A stretch of DNA of 64,000 bases from an uncultured bacterium (GTDB lineage Bacteria > Krumholzibacteriota > Krumholzibacteriia > G020349025), in the NCBI GenBank assembly GCA_964567755.1, contig CAZMNW010000020.1:110434-174433 (forward strand). Reading direction: 5' to 3'. The notes under the pieces were generated by a model, which was given only the letters and a program-made list of their open reading frames with translations, was not told the DNA's origin and did no database searches. Below, piece after piece: positions 40,901 to 50,332 of this stretch (positions are counted from its first letter, which is position 1; each line of letters starts with the position of its first letter). A program made the position numbers and the translations under genes.

Positions 40901-42899
40901 AGCGGATGTTCGCATCGAGAAGGCCGATATTCGCTACCGGGAATCGGGGAGCGACGCAGCCTTCGTGACCCGACCCCTGCAGAAGGTCGGCGGCGACTTC
41001 ATTGGCACGATTCCGAACGAGGGTGTGACCGAGGGGGGTGTCGAGTACTACTTCTCGGTCGAAAACAGTAACGTCATCCGAACTCATCCACCTGACGGTA
41101 GCTGGCTCACCCAAGCCGTGCACGCCCCGGACGGGGTCACGTCACGCGCGTTGCAGAACTCGAGCAACGGGTTCCTCGCCGGACGCAGTGTCAGCGTCGA
41201 AGTGCGCCTGCCGGAAGGCGCGCGATTCGTCCAGGGGATGGTGCATTACCGCCGAGGCGGCGAATCCACTTTCCGGTCTGCGATGCTGCAGGGGGAACCA
41301 TCTGCTCTCGCCGCCACCATCCCGGACAGCGCTGTGACCGAGCGTGGGCTCGAGTATTGGGTCGAGGCGCAGACGCTGACGAGCATTCTCACTGACCCGG
41401 CGTCCGATCCCGCGCTCGCCCCCCACACCCTGCGTCTCACCGTGCAACGGATGGAAGAACCACTTGCGCACGCCGGTGCGGTTTACCGCATGGTCTCGAT
41501 CCCATTGGACTTCGGCGAAGGTTTCTCCGGCACGCTCGAAGCGCTCCTGGCCGAGCTGCCGGTTTTCGGTTCCTACGATCCGTTGCGCTGGCGATCGTTC
41601 CGTTGGCTTCCCGAGCGCCAATGCACTCAGGATGCGTACGCCTGCTACGTCGAGCTCGGCGACGACGAAGCGTCCATGGTGCGCCCGGGTCGCGCCTTCT
41701 GGCTGGTGACGAAGGAGTCGCATCGAGTCCAATTCCAAGTGCCGGGGCAGTCCGCCTCGACAAAGGAGCGATTCGCGGTGCAGCTTCAGCCAGGATGGAA
41801 CCAAATCGGGAACCCATTCGCTTTCCCCGTCGCATGGCAAACGATCGCAATCGATTCGTTGTCCGATGGCAGTGCCGCCAGAGTCGAGCCTCCCTGGCTA
41901 TGGATCGTGTCGGCTGACGGCCGGGGCGCGTACGAGAATGCGGCAGTGTTGGCGCCATTCGAGGGCTACTTCGTGGTCAACAACAGCCCCGAACCGGCGG
42001 CGTTGCGGATTCCAGCACTCGAGGCGGCGATGCTCGTAAGCGGAATCGCGGGCAAGGCAACTTCGGGGGCCACAGGCAGGGTTGCATCGGACTTCGACAT
42101 CGTCATCCGAGTTGACGCTGCCGGTTTTTCGGATGCGGCACACGCCGGACTCGTCGAAGAAGCCGCGCGAGGCTGGGACGCGCGCGACCGTTCGGATCCC
42201 CCTGGAGCTCCTGGCGGGGCGGTGTCCATCTACTTCCCGCACGAGGATTGGGACACCGTGGCGCATGCATTCTGCTGGGATACGCGTCCCCTCGCGTATT
42301 CGGGCGGAGTCGCCCCCACGCCGGTCCTGCTCGGAGGCGGTGAGGCATGGAGACTCGACGTCGCGCGCGCCGGGTTCGCGCCCGGAACCGAGCTCGACGC
42401 CGTACTCACAGTCGAGGGCATTGCGAACCTGCCACCGTCTCTGGATGCGGTGTTGCTGGACCATGTGCTGGGAAGCGAAATCGATCTGCGCCGCGAATCG
42501 CAGTGGCGCTTCGTGCTGGGGGACCGCGGGGTGGTCGGCGAAGCGGCCGCACGTTTCGAGCTCGTGATCGGGGATGCGGAGTTCCTTGGTTTGCATCGGG
42601 AGGCTTTGCTCGCATTGCCGCTCCGAACGCGCCTGCTGCCGAACCAGCCCAATCCATTCCACAGCGGCACCACGATTCGCTACGAGATCGCGACCGGGGC
42701 CGAGGCAGCGCTGCGCATCTACGACGTGCGCGGGCGTCTGGTGCGGACGCTCGCCCAGGGGCCGGCACGGCCGGGACGCTACGAGCTGATGTGGGATGGC
42801 ACCGACGCGCGTGCGAACGTCCTGCCGGGTGGGGTGTACTTCACGCGCCTCGAGACCCCGGGTGCAGTGCAAACGCGAAAGATCCTGTTCGTGCGATAA
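37923..42899 (+). CDS. giant secreted FG-GAP/VCBS-repeat protein with FlgD-Ig-like C-terminal domain, paralog D
   Basis: MKTSCRIPQHRFALRAPLLALAIVGFHSSAWSQ signal; more than 15 FG-GAP repeats; C-terminus LLPNQPNPFHSGTTIRYEIATGAEAALRIYDVRGRLVRTLAQGPARPGRYELMWDGTDARANVLPGGVYFTRLETP...KILFVR. Confidence 0.8.
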   Translation: MKTSCRIPQHRFALRAPLLALAIVGFHSSAWSQTPLSSAPVWSSQVHWTRGIAVGDVDGDGALDLLLGNQSESSTLYRNVAGILGADPVWSSQVDKTSNVAFGDVDGDGDLDLVCAESEDFTGNKTTLYLNENGVLADTPVWSSRLDQTHDVALGDVDGDGDLDLVCGNDSLSTLYRNDGGRFGDDPVWFSQPHETYGVVLGDVNGDGDLDLVCGNAVQGTTLYLNAEGVFGAAPVWVSQVHGTYSVDLGDVDGDGDLDLVVGNGFNLVVQGRTKTLLYRNDNGRFGDVPVWSSASEAFTTAVVLGDVDGDGDLDLVLGNREARTELYLNDGGDFGSAPAWYSQDHETQDVVLADVNGDGGLDLVCGNRLQSATLYLNTGTSFGATPDWSSPVPSTLVTLAAALCDIEGDSDLDLVLGLSRGLMLHHNTNGNFGEATGSFGSGATRAIALGDVDQDGDTDMVVGIKTGTTLAVLLYANHSGSFTYVWSSLVDTSQFYDPDVALGDVNADGRLDLVVGTPNQGALLHLNEGGRFSDEPIWSSPAPYKFARHVALGDVDGDGWLDLVCVLGSGLGVAVFRNDGIAFENTPMWSWSVSTAVGHVVLGDVNGDGWIDLVCGTILDSVTLFINSGGTFADSPVWASPTAHEWPRVALVDVNGDGWLDLVVSTRENKNTLLYLNEGGGFGDAPAWRSQSADTPGIAVGDVDRDGDPDLVCANYDQHTTLYRGRSSYRFLGDTRAPANQLPNNDAFVSGTFITETGENRYGIGFVAADIEADPVWIVADYQFRGDPRWAPVQVLGATGRLGPFATTPTGNTHRLTWDTSRLPVDSRPVVLRLRALSNPGKVGVVQRVPSYRYELGPIDVRRPMISLSRPALDFPSVTVGDTVEASTRIENRGNEMLTIERLAVPAFTRVVGELQTDIAPGDGVDLLLFFEPLSALAAAETLWIDSNDPATPRLAVRLQRDVREIEFTARLLAPVPEVPVGQALTAVLTPAADVRIEKADIRYRESGSDAAFVTRPLQKVGGDFIGTIPNEGVTEGGVEYYFSVENSNVIRTHPPDGSWLTQAVHAPDGVTSRALQNSSNGFLAGRSVSVEVRLPEGARFVQGMVHYRRGGESTFRSAMLQGEPSALAATIPDSAVTERGLEYWVEAQTLTSILTDPASDPALAPHTLRLTVQRMEEPLAHAGAVYRMVSIPLDFGEGFSGTLEALLAELPVFGSYDPLRWRSFRWLPERQCTQDAYACYVELGDDEASMVRPGRAFWLVTKESHRVQFQVPGQSASTKERFAVQLQPGWNQIGNPFAFPVAWQTIAIDSLSDGSAARVEPPWLWIVSADGRGAYENAAVLAPFEGYFVVNNSPEPAALRIPALEAAMLVSGIAGKATSGATGRVASDFDIVIRVDAAGFSDAAHAGLVEEAARGWDARDRSDPPGAPGGAVSIYFPHEDWDTVAHAFCWDTRPLAYSGGVAPTPVLLGGGEAWRLDVARAGFAPGTELDAVLTVEGIANLPPSLDAVLLDHVLGSEIDLRRESQWRFVLGDRGVVGEAAARFELVIGDAEFLGLHREALLALPLRTRLLPNQPNPFHSGTTIRYEIATGAEAALRIYDVRGRLVRTLAQGPARPGRYELMWDGTDARANVLPGGVYFTRLETPGAVQTRKILFVR

Positions 42900-42911
42900 T
42901 GCCATGAAGGA

Positions 42912-43790
42912 GTGAGCATGAAACCCAAGTTCGTCTTGCATCGGGCGCGTGCCGATTCGCCCTTTGTCTCATGGAGGGCGTGGGCGCTCGCGATCTGGTC
43001 TTTGACGATCTGCGCGCGGGGTCTGCACGCGCAGAGCCAAGAAGACTCACTGTCTGCTTCAGGGGAAGAACAACCGACGGCAGCGTCTTCTCTCGATGTC
43101 GATTCGTCCCTGGAGCAAGCGCGTGTGTTCATGACCTCCCTCGAATACGAGAAGGCAATCGCGGTTCTCGAGCCCGTGCTCGAAGAGACCCGTTTCAACC
43201 CCGATCGGTTGCGGGAGACGTATCTCCTGCTCATCGAGGCGCACGTCTATGGCGGCAACCGCAGTGCGATCGGCAGCAAGGAACAGCAGCTCTGGTACGA
43301 CGAGGCGCGCGATCTCATCCGCGAGTGCCTGGGCGTGCGCGAGCTGCGTCACACGCTGCCGGACCCGCCGGAACGTTACCCGAGCGAAATGCTCGGGCTC
43401 TTCGAGTCGGTACGGCGCGAAACCTTCGGGGCTTTCGAGATCACCCAGCTTGAGCCACGAGATGCCGAGGTGGTCTTCGACGGCGAGACACTCGTTCCCG
43501 GTGACGACGGCGTTTGGCGCGTGGCGAACGTCCCAGTGGGTGTCCGCATGCTGGTGATCCGGAAGTCGGGTTACGAGGATTTCACCGAGGATGTCGAGAT
43601 CGCGCCCGCGACGCTGGTCTCGCGCCCGTATGAGTTGCGTAAGAGAAAGGGTTTCGGGTGGTACGCGACGCGCGTCGCGGCTCCTGTCATGGTCGCCGTC
43701 GGTGTCGTGGTGGGACTGACCGCGGGTGGGTCGGAAACCCCTGCCGCGGAGGAACCCCTGCCCGTCCCGCCGTTGCCGCCCGGGAAGTAG
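42912..43790 (+). CDS. secreted PEGA-domain protein with C-terminal TM helix
   Basis: Signal-like SWRAWALAIWSLTICARGLHAQ; PEGA-like AEVVFDGETLVPGDDGVWRVANVPVGVRMLVIRKSGYEDF; C-terminal hydrophobic VAAPVMVAVGVVVGLTAGG. Confidence 0.6.
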   Translation: MSMKPKFVLHRARADSPFVSWRAWALAIWSLTICARGLHAQSQEDSLSASGEEQPTAASSLDVDSSLEQARVFMTSLEYEKAIAVLEPVLEETRFNPDRLRETYLLLIEAHVYGGNRSAIGSKEQQLWYDEARDLIRECLGVRELRHTLPDPPERYPSEMLGLFESVRRETFGAFEITQLEPRDAEVVFDGETLVPGDDGVWRVANVPVGVRMLVIRKSGYEDFTEDVEIAPATLVSRPYELRKRKGFGWYATRVAAPVMVAVGVVVGLTAGGSETPAAEEPLPVPPLPPGK

Positions 43791-43863
43791 GCATCGCTCG
43801 GCATCGCGAGTCGGTGGCGATCGGGCTGCGTGAGGGTTGCAGTGCGATGGGGCAACGTCCGGA

Positions 43864-45807
43864 TCAGTCGCGGCGGCCGCCCTGCAGGAGCCGGCGCAGC
43901 CACGGTTGCCGATCGCGAGTGGAGATCTCGGTTTCCACGAATCCCCTGAAGCAGCGCGAAAACAGCTCCGATTCCCCGTTCTGAGTTTCCAAATAATGCT
44001 TGCGACGCAGGTTCTCGCACACATGGTGCAGCGAGGCCGGGATCTTGCGTCCCTCCGCGACACGGAGTATCGCGCTGCGCTCGTGCGGATCGAAGGCATC
44101 CCACATGAAACGGTAGTGGAAGCGCGCTTCCTCGTAGAAGCGGCGCCGGATCTCGTCGAAATCGGGGTCGCCGCCATGGCCTTCCTCGAGATACTCGAGG
44201 CTGTGGCTGCAGGCGATCTGCAGGAAGAACGGGAACAGGCCCGCCATCTCCAGGATCTGACGCTCGTGAGACAGAAGCGGCCGTTGCACGTCGGCAGAGG
44301 GTACCTCTATGAGCTCGCGCGCTTCGTCGGGGCGGAGCACGCTGAGTGGCAGTGGCGTGAAGATGTTGAAGAATGGCGAGTCACGAATCTCCTGGGTATG
44401 GCAGAGCTGTTGCAGGTCACGCGCCGAAGAAGTGATGTAGGCGACATTGTAGTGATTGGCGAGATAGCGCAAGAAAGAAAAGAACTCCAAATCGAAGTTC
44501 GCATTCGTGGTGATGGCTTCGAACTCGTCCATGAGCAAGACCAAGCGCAAATCGCCGCCGTGCAAACGGTCGACCAAATCCTTGATGCCGCTCAAGTCGC
44601 GACTGCAGTCCGAGACGTCCAAGCGTCCACGTAGCTCGAGATTGGCGATGCCGAGCACCGTATTCACGAACGTATCGAGCGCCATGTTCTTTTGCTGTTG
44701 CAAATCGACGTAGACCATGATGGTCGATTCGTGGTCCTCCAGATGCTGCTCGCGGTTGCGTTTCGTGTAGATGAAATTAAGCAGCGACGATTTGCCGATC
44801 TTGCGGTCCCCGACCACCGAAACCGAACCTGGCGGTGTGGCATTCAAACGCGAGAAGATGCGGTTGACCTCTTGCTTGCGCCCGAAGAAATCCGCGGAGC
44901 TCTTGATCATGACCCGGTTCAAGTACGGATTCTTGAGCTTGGGCGCAGGGCGGGGAAGGGCCTTGGGCAAAGTCATCGTGCGGCTGGTGCTCTGCACATC
45001 CGACGAGACCAGAATCCCTTGCAGTCGCTCGGCGAGCGCCCCCGCTTCGACCGGACGCTGACCCGGCTGTTTGCGCAGACATTGATCGATCAGGCTCACC
45101 AGGGCTTCGGGCGCCTGTGGCGCGGCTTGCTGCACGGGCGGATGCGGGCGGTCGACGATGTTGTAGAGCGTGGACATGAAGTGCTCGGCCTCGAAGGGAT
45201 GCAACCCCGTCACCATCTCGTAAAGAATGACACCGAAGCTGAAAATGTCGCTGGCAGGGGTCGCTTTGTGGCCGTCGATCACCTCGGGAGCCATGTATTT
45301 GAGCGTGCCGGCGATGCCGTGACTGACGGTGACGGACATCCGGTTGATGTCGCGTGCCATGCCGAGATCCAGGATCTTGGCGCGGTCGCTGTCGTCGACC
45401 ATGACGTTGTTGGTCGACAGATCGCGGTGCACGATCTGCAAGCTGTGCAGCGCCTGGAGCCCGCGCGCGACCTGGATCAAAATGCGAAGACTGCGCTCCA
45501 GAGCCAGCGGCGGCTGCTTGGGAATGTCGCGCAGGGTGCGTCCGGGGAAATACTCCATGACCATGTAGGGGACGGACTCGTCCATGTCGTAGACCTGGAC
45601 CACGTTCTCGTGGTTCAGGCTGGCGAGACGGCGGGCCTCGGCCAAAAAGCGTTTCATCTCCTTTTCTTCGGCGATCTCGGGCTTGAGCATCTTGAGCGCG
45701 ACGCGGCGATCCAGTTTCTTGTCGTGACAGAGGTAGACCAGACCGAAAGACCCGTGGCCGAGCGTTTCGAGAACGACGTAATTGTTGCCGAAAATTTGTT
45801 CCGTCAT
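43864..45807 (-). CDS. Ser/Thr protein kinase fused to a C-terminal P-loop NTPase (AAA-like/STAND-like) domain
   Basis: Kinase motifs GHGSFGLVYL, VALK, HRDLSTNNVMV, DLGMA, APE; then NPYLNRVMIKSSADFFGRKQE...VSVVGDRKIGKSSLLNFI (Walker A) ...LVLLMDEFE (Walker B). Confidence 0.85.
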   Translation of the reverse strand: MTEQIFGNNYVVLETLGHGSFGLVYLCHDKKLDRRVALKMLKPEIAEEKEMKRFLAEARRLASLNHENVVQVYDMDESVPYMVMEYFPGRTLRDIPKQPPLALERSLRILIQVARGLQALHSLQIVHRDLSTNNVMVDDSDRAKILDLGMARDINRMSVTVSHGIAGTLKYMAPEVIDGHKATPASDIFSFGVILYEMVTGLHPFEAEHFMSTLYNIVDRPHPPVQQAAPQAPEALVSLIDQCLRKQPGQRPVEAGALAERLQGILVSSDVQSTSRTMTLPKALPRPAPKLKNPYLNRVMIKSSADFFGRKQEVNRIFSRLNATPPGSVSVVGDRKIGKSSLLNFIYTKRNREQHLEDHESTIMVYVDLQQQKNMALDTFVNTVLGIANLELRGRLDVSDCSRDLSGIKDLVDRLHGGDLRLVLLMDEFEAITTNANFDLEFFSFLRYLANHYNVAYITSSARDLQQLCHTQEIRDSPFFNIFTPLPLSVLRPDEARELIEVPSADVQRPLLSHERQILEMAGLFPFFLQIACSHSLEYLEEGHGGDPDFDEIRRRFYEEARFHYRFMWDAFDPHERSAILRVAEGRKIPASLHHVCENLRRKHYLETQNGESELFSRCFRGFVETEISTRDRQPWLRRLLQGGRRD

Positions 45808-45809
45808 GT

Positions 45810-48020
45810 CTACCCTTCCTCGCGCAGCACACGCAGCTTCTGTGCTTCCCAGACCAGCTCGAGGCGCTGGCCTGGCTGAATATCCACCGCGAGCTTGTCG
45901 CTCTTGCCGTCACGGAAAACGACTTCGATCGTATGCCGACCGGCCGAGATCTCTTGTTCCCCAGAGCTCGGCAGCTCGCCCGAGCCCACCTGACGCTCGT
46001 CGATGTAGATACGCGCTGGGCGGTCACCGCGGACGAGCAACATTCCCGCGGGCACCGAGCTCAGGCGCAGACGCAGGTGCTTGGTGGAGTGATCCACGAC
46101 CAAGGTCGTGTCCACCATGACGTACCCGGCCATCTCGGCGCGGAAGAGATGCGAGCCGAATGCGAGCGCCGCGATCACGAGCGGGGCGACACCGCGTTTC
46201 TGGCCGTCGACATGGATCTCTGCCCCGTCAGGGATGGTGACGATGTTCAGGCTCAGTGTGATGGGTTCGAGCCGGACACGGATCGCGATCGTCGTATCGG
46301 GCAGCACGCGTACCGATCGTGCCAGAGTTTGGAAGCCGTCTTGTCGCACCTCGATCGCATGCTCGATGGGGACCCCCAAGCGGGTGATTTCAGCCGTCCC
46401 GGTGCCTATCTCGTTGCCGTCGATCCAGATACGAGCCGTCGCGGGATCGGCCTCGATGCGCAGCGCACCGTGTTGGGGTTGCAAAGCCACCCGAACCGAA
46501 GCGGAATCGGTTGCAGCAACCCGGGTCACGAGCGTCGAATCGTGAAAACCGGGCGCGCTGAGCACGAAACTCACATCGCGGTTCGCAGCAACGGCACGTT
46601 CGAACCGCCCCATGGCGACCGGTTGGCCGTCGAGGAGGATTCTCGCTTCAGGCGGCTCGACGACGAGACGAAGAAAGCCGCTCCTCGAGGCCACGAGGGC
46701 GGGCGGATCGATGCCCGCCGCGTCAGCTCCGTCGTCCGCCGGTTGTGATCGTGGCCAGAGGGCCCAGCTCCCCACCACGAGACCGGCGACGCCTGCGGCC
46801 GCGAGCGCCACCCATCGGGCCCGCCGCGACGGCGGCGAACGGAACGCGAGCCCCTCTTCGTGCATCACCTGCCAGACGGAATGCATGCGCCGGATCCACA
46901 GGCGCCAGAGGTCCATGCGAAACGCGAATTCAGGCGGTCGCACGTCGCTCTTGGTCAGCAGCTCTTGCTTGAAGAGAGTTTCCAGAGCCGTGGAAATCTC
47001 GGGACGCGTGAGACGTAGAGGGTAGTTTCCATTCTTGAGCGTGATGGTGAGATGTTCGGCGCTGGCGTGGCCGCTGGCGGTCTCGATGCTTTCCGCCAAC
47101 AACGCGAGCGTCAGTTTTTGCTCTCGCTGCAGCGTGTCCCACAAGAACGTCATCTGCGGGAATGGATGCTCCACGATCATCTCGACGACCACGTCCAGGA
47201 TGGCGGCGGTGACCGTGTTCGTGCGGTCTTCGTTCAAGGCGTCGACGAGGTACTGGCACACCGCCTGAGTGAAGAAGGGGTGCCCGGCGGTGAGACGCAG
47301 GATCGATTGCACGGTGTCGTCGGCGTACGTCACCCGACCGCTCACGGGTTGCTGGATGAGACGCAGGGAATCCGCCGGTTGCAAGTAGCTGATGCGACGG
47401 TATTCGTGCGCTTTCTCGAGAATGCCCCAGTACTCTGTGCGCCGCTCTTCCAGGTGCTGCGAACCGGTGAAGATGAGGAACATCGGCAAGTTCTCCATGA
47501 GATTGGCGAGGATGAGAAGAACGTCTTTCGTGAGTACGCCGTTGTCGAGTTTGTCTTCGAACAACTCGTACTCGTCGAAGAGCAGCAGGAGCTTGCGATG
47601 CGGACAATGCTCGAGTACGGATTCGATGAAGGAGCGGAACACGGCCGAAGGATTGCCGCGGGCGAAGTCCGGGATCTCCAGACTGCGACCTTCCTCCGCG
47701 AGCTGTTCGACGACTTCCTTGGCGATGAGTGACAGGAACTCCGTTTCGTCCTCCACCGCCATGGCTTGCATGTCGATGAGAACGGGGATGAACTCGCTGC
47801 CGAGTCGTCCCTGCTGGATCTGCAGCAGGATCGAGGTCTTGCCGCTACGGCGCTCGCCGCAGAAGACCATGAGGGAGCCACGGCCGGCCTGCTTGAAACG
47901 TTTCTGCACCAGCTCGAACTCGGACTCGCGGCCGAAGAACATCTCCGGATTGCGCACGGGATTGCCGACGATGAAGGGATTCGGAGAGATGGGTACGAAC
48001 TCGGGAGGCGTCGGGCTCAT
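45810..48020 (-). CDS. P-loop NTPase (same family as the kinase-fused domain) + TM helix + tandem PEGA domains
   Basis: NPFIVGNPVRNPEMFFGRESE...LMVFCGERRSGKTSILLQI (Walker A) ...LLLLFDEYE (Walker B); TM WVALAAAGVAGLVVGSWALW; C-terminal repeated PEGA-like segments (ARILLDGQPV..., ARIWIDGNEIG..., AEIHVDGQKRG..., ARIYIDERQVG...). Starts 3 bp after the upstream kinase-NTPase stop. Confidence 0.8.
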   Translation of the reverse strand: MSPTPPEFVPISPNPFIVGNPVRNPEMFFGRESEFELVQKRFKQAGRGSLMVFCGERRSGKTSILLQIQQGRLGSEFIPVLIDMQAMAVEDETEFLSLIAKEVVEQLAEEGRSLEIPDFARGNPSAVFRSFIESVLEHCPHRKLLLLFDEYELFEDKLDNGVLTKDVLLILANLMENLPMFLIFTGSQHLEERRTEYWGILEKAHEYRRISYLQPADSLRLIQQPVSGRVTYADDTVQSILRLTAGHPFFTQAVCQYLVDALNEDRTNTVTAAILDVVVEMIVEHPFPQMTFLWDTLQREQKLTLALLAESIETASGHASAEHLTITLKNGNYPLRLTRPEISTALETLFKQELLTKSDVRPPEFAFRMDLWRLWIRRMHSVWQVMHEEGLAFRSPPSRRARWVALAAAGVAGLVVGSWALWPRSQPADDGADAAGIDPPALVASRSGFLRLVVEPPEARILLDGQPVAMGRFERAVAANRDVSFVLSAPGFHDSTLVTRVAATDSASVRVALQPQHGALRIEADPATARIWIDGNEIGTGTAEITRLGVPIEHAIEVRQDGFQTLARSVRVLPDTTIAIRVRLEPITLSLNIVTIPDGAEIHVDGQKRGVAPLVIAALAFGSHLFRAEMAGYVMVDTTLVVDHSTKHLRLRLSSVPAGMLLVRGDRPARIYIDERQVGSGELPSSGEQEISAGRHTIEVVFRDGKSDKLAVDIQPGQRLELVWEAQKLRVLREEG

Positions 48021-48364
48021 GATCCTTCTCGCGCCGGGGGAGTCGTCCGCAGAAGGTGCCGTCGTTGCCGTCGCAATGGTCCCAATACCTTATAACGTAG
48101 CACAGGACTGAAAGGGGTCCCATGCCGTGTCCAGCCTTGAGAATTGCAGGATCGCAACTCCCGTTTCGCCGCTGATGCTGAATGAGACGCCATCGATGGG
48201 GGAGCGGACGCCGGACACCAGGCACTTCCATGGCCCCTCCACGCACATTCCTACGTTCTCCATGTAGCCGATCGAGCGGTGGCCATGACCACAGGGGCGC
48301 AAGCCCTAGCGACGGTGTGGGTTGCAGGAAAAACGGTTGTCGACCGATCGTTGGAGGGCGGGCG

Positions 48365-50245
48365 ATGAAGAAGACTCTCATTTCGGCCTTTTTGGCGACG
48401 CTCGTGATCATGAGCTTCACGGCCCGGGACGCACGCAGTGCCGGTCCATCGCCGGACCGGGTTTCCGCGCTTCTGAACAGCCTGCGCCTCGATCCGGGGC
48501 GATCCTCTTCCGGCACCCTCGGGCAGCCACGTTTCGGCTACGACAAGGACGGTTGGATTCAGTATCTCGGGGCTCCTGCCGGCTACGCGTTCCCGGCTAC
48601 CTCCAGTCAGACCACGCCCGAGGTGGTTGCCCAGACTTTTCTGGACGACAATCGTGACCTCTTCGGAGTCACCACCTCCGCGGTGAAGTTCTCGGTCAAG
48701 CGCACCAAGAATCTCGAGAATCGCCGTTTTGTCCGATTCGAACAAACCTACGCCGGGATCCCTGTCTTCGCTGCCGGGATCCTCGTGCAGTTGGACACGG
48801 CGAACGGAATCCAAGCGGTTTTCAGCGACTTGCTCACGGATACTGCGCGCATCGATCGCAACGAGATTTCGCTGTCGCCAAGTCTCACCGCCGAGCAAAT
48901 CATAGATCTCGTCGGCGAGCGCCTGGAGCCTAAGACCGCGGCGATGCCGGTCGAGGTCAAGGCGCTCGGCCTCCTGCTCTTCGCCCCGCCGGTTCTGGAT
49001 CTGAAGGGCGACATCCAGCTAGTGTGGCTGGTCGAGACCCAAAGCGAAGACGTCCTTGAAGCGAACCGTCGCCTGCTCGTGGACGCCCACGATGGATCGG
49101 TCGCCCGCGATTACCCGCGCTACTACTCCCTCGATCGATTGATCCACGACGCTGGCAACATGGACCAGGATGGCCCTCTCGTGCGCGCCGAAGGCCAGGC
49201 CCCCATTGGGCTTGCCGACGCGAACCAAGCCTACGATGCTATCGGAGACACGTACTCTTTCTACTTGGAGAATCACGGACGCGTCGGAATCGGAGTTCTT
49301 CCACTTTTCCCTCCCTTTTGTGGATATCTCACCGAATGCGCGACCGTACGATACTGCGACCCTGATGACCCTTGCCCATGGCAGAATGCGCGCTGGAGTG
49401 AAGGATCTCGCCGCATGTACTTCGGCTCCGGGTGGGCAGTGGACGACGTTGTCGCCCACGAGTACACGCACGGCGTGACCGACGCAGAATCCGATCTGAT
49501 CTACGAGAACACCCCGGGGGCGATCAACGAATCTTTCTCCGATATCTGGGGTGAGTACGTCGACCTGACGAACGGGCGCGGCAACGACGCAGCCATCGTG
49601 CGTTGGGTCATTGGCGAAGACCTCGTTCGATCCCTCCGCGACATGGAGGACCCCCCTTTTCGCGGCGACCCGGATCGCTTGAGCAGCCCCTTCTATGCCC
49701 CGTCCGTGAGCAATCCGGACGATACAAACGACTTCGGCGGCGTCCACAGAAATAGCGGCGTCAGCAACAAGCTGTGCTTTCTCCTCACCGATGGCGACAC
49801 TCTCGGCTTCAACGGGCAGACTGTCTATGGCATGGGAATCCCAGTTGTGGCGGATCTTTTTTATGAGGTGAATGCAAACCTCTTCACAGGTACAGCGCCC
49901 AACTGGTTCAATTACTACCACGCTTTGCAGCAGGCGGCGATCAACCTCGGCTGGAGCGACGCCGACCAGAACAATGTCTACGCCGCTTGCCTGGCGGTCG
50001 AGATCGTCGATGTGGGGCGGACCGTCGTCGTGGATGGGAGCTCGACGTGTCCGGCGGTGATTTACAATCCAGTCTGCATCCTCGGTGCAGGTCCGTACAC
50101 CACCGTGACCGCAGGCTCGAACGCTGTGCGCCCGGGCGAAACGCTCTCGATCCGCGCCGGCAACTACGACGAGCTGGTCACGTTTGGCAAGCGCAACGTC
50201 ATCGTTCGGAGCGAGGGAGGAATCGTGCGGATCGGACCTCCATGA
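48365..50245 (+). CDS. secreted M4-family (thermolysin-like) zinc metallopeptidase with propeptide
   Basis: Signal MKKTLISAFLATLVIMSFTARDARSA; VVAHEYTHGVT (HExxH) and GAINESFSDIWGE (third zinc ligand Glu) typical of M4; RBS GGAGGG upstream. Confidence 0.85.
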   Translation: MKKTLISAFLATLVIMSFTARDARSAGPSPDRVSALLNSLRLDPGRSSSGTLGQPRFGYDKDGWIQYLGAPAGYAFPATSSQTTPEVVAQTFLDDNRDLFGVTTSAVKFSVKRTKNLENRRFVRFEQTYAGIPVFAAGILVQLDTANGIQAVFSDLLTDTARIDRNEISLSPSLTAEQIIDLVGERLEPKTAAMPVEVKALGLLLFAPPVLDLKGDIQLVWLVETQSEDVLEANRRLLVDAHDGSVARDYPRYYSLDRLIHDAGNMDQDGPLVRAEGQAPIGLADANQAYDAIGDTYSFYLENHGRVGIGVLPLFPPFCGYLTECATVRYCDPDDPCPWQNARWSEGSRRMYFGSGWAVDDVVAHEYTHGVTDAESDLIYENTPGAINESFSDIWGEYVDLTNGRGNDAAIVRWVIGEDLVRSLRDMEDPPFRGDPDRLSSPFYAPSVSNPDDTNDFGGVHRNSGVSNKLCFLLTDGDTLGFNGQTVYGMGIPVVADLFYEVNANLFTGTAPNWFNYYHALQQAAINLGWSDADQNNVYAACLAVEIVDVGRTVVVDGSSTCPAVIYNPVCILGAGPYTTVTAGSNAVRPGETLSIRAGNYDELVTFGKRNVIVRSEGGIVRIGPP

Positions 50246-50332
50246 AGGTCGGCCGGCGCGAGAACGTCCCGATCGCTTCAAGATCACGCCGCCGCGAGTG
50301 CTTGTTTCTCGTCTGAACGCCCACCCAGGGGT

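Noticed and set aside
44692-46027. Overlapping ORFs 44692..45879 + and 44777..46027 - across the kinase-NTPase gene
   Set aside because: No motifs; the minus-strand frame 43864..45807 carries the full kinase and Walker A/B signatures.
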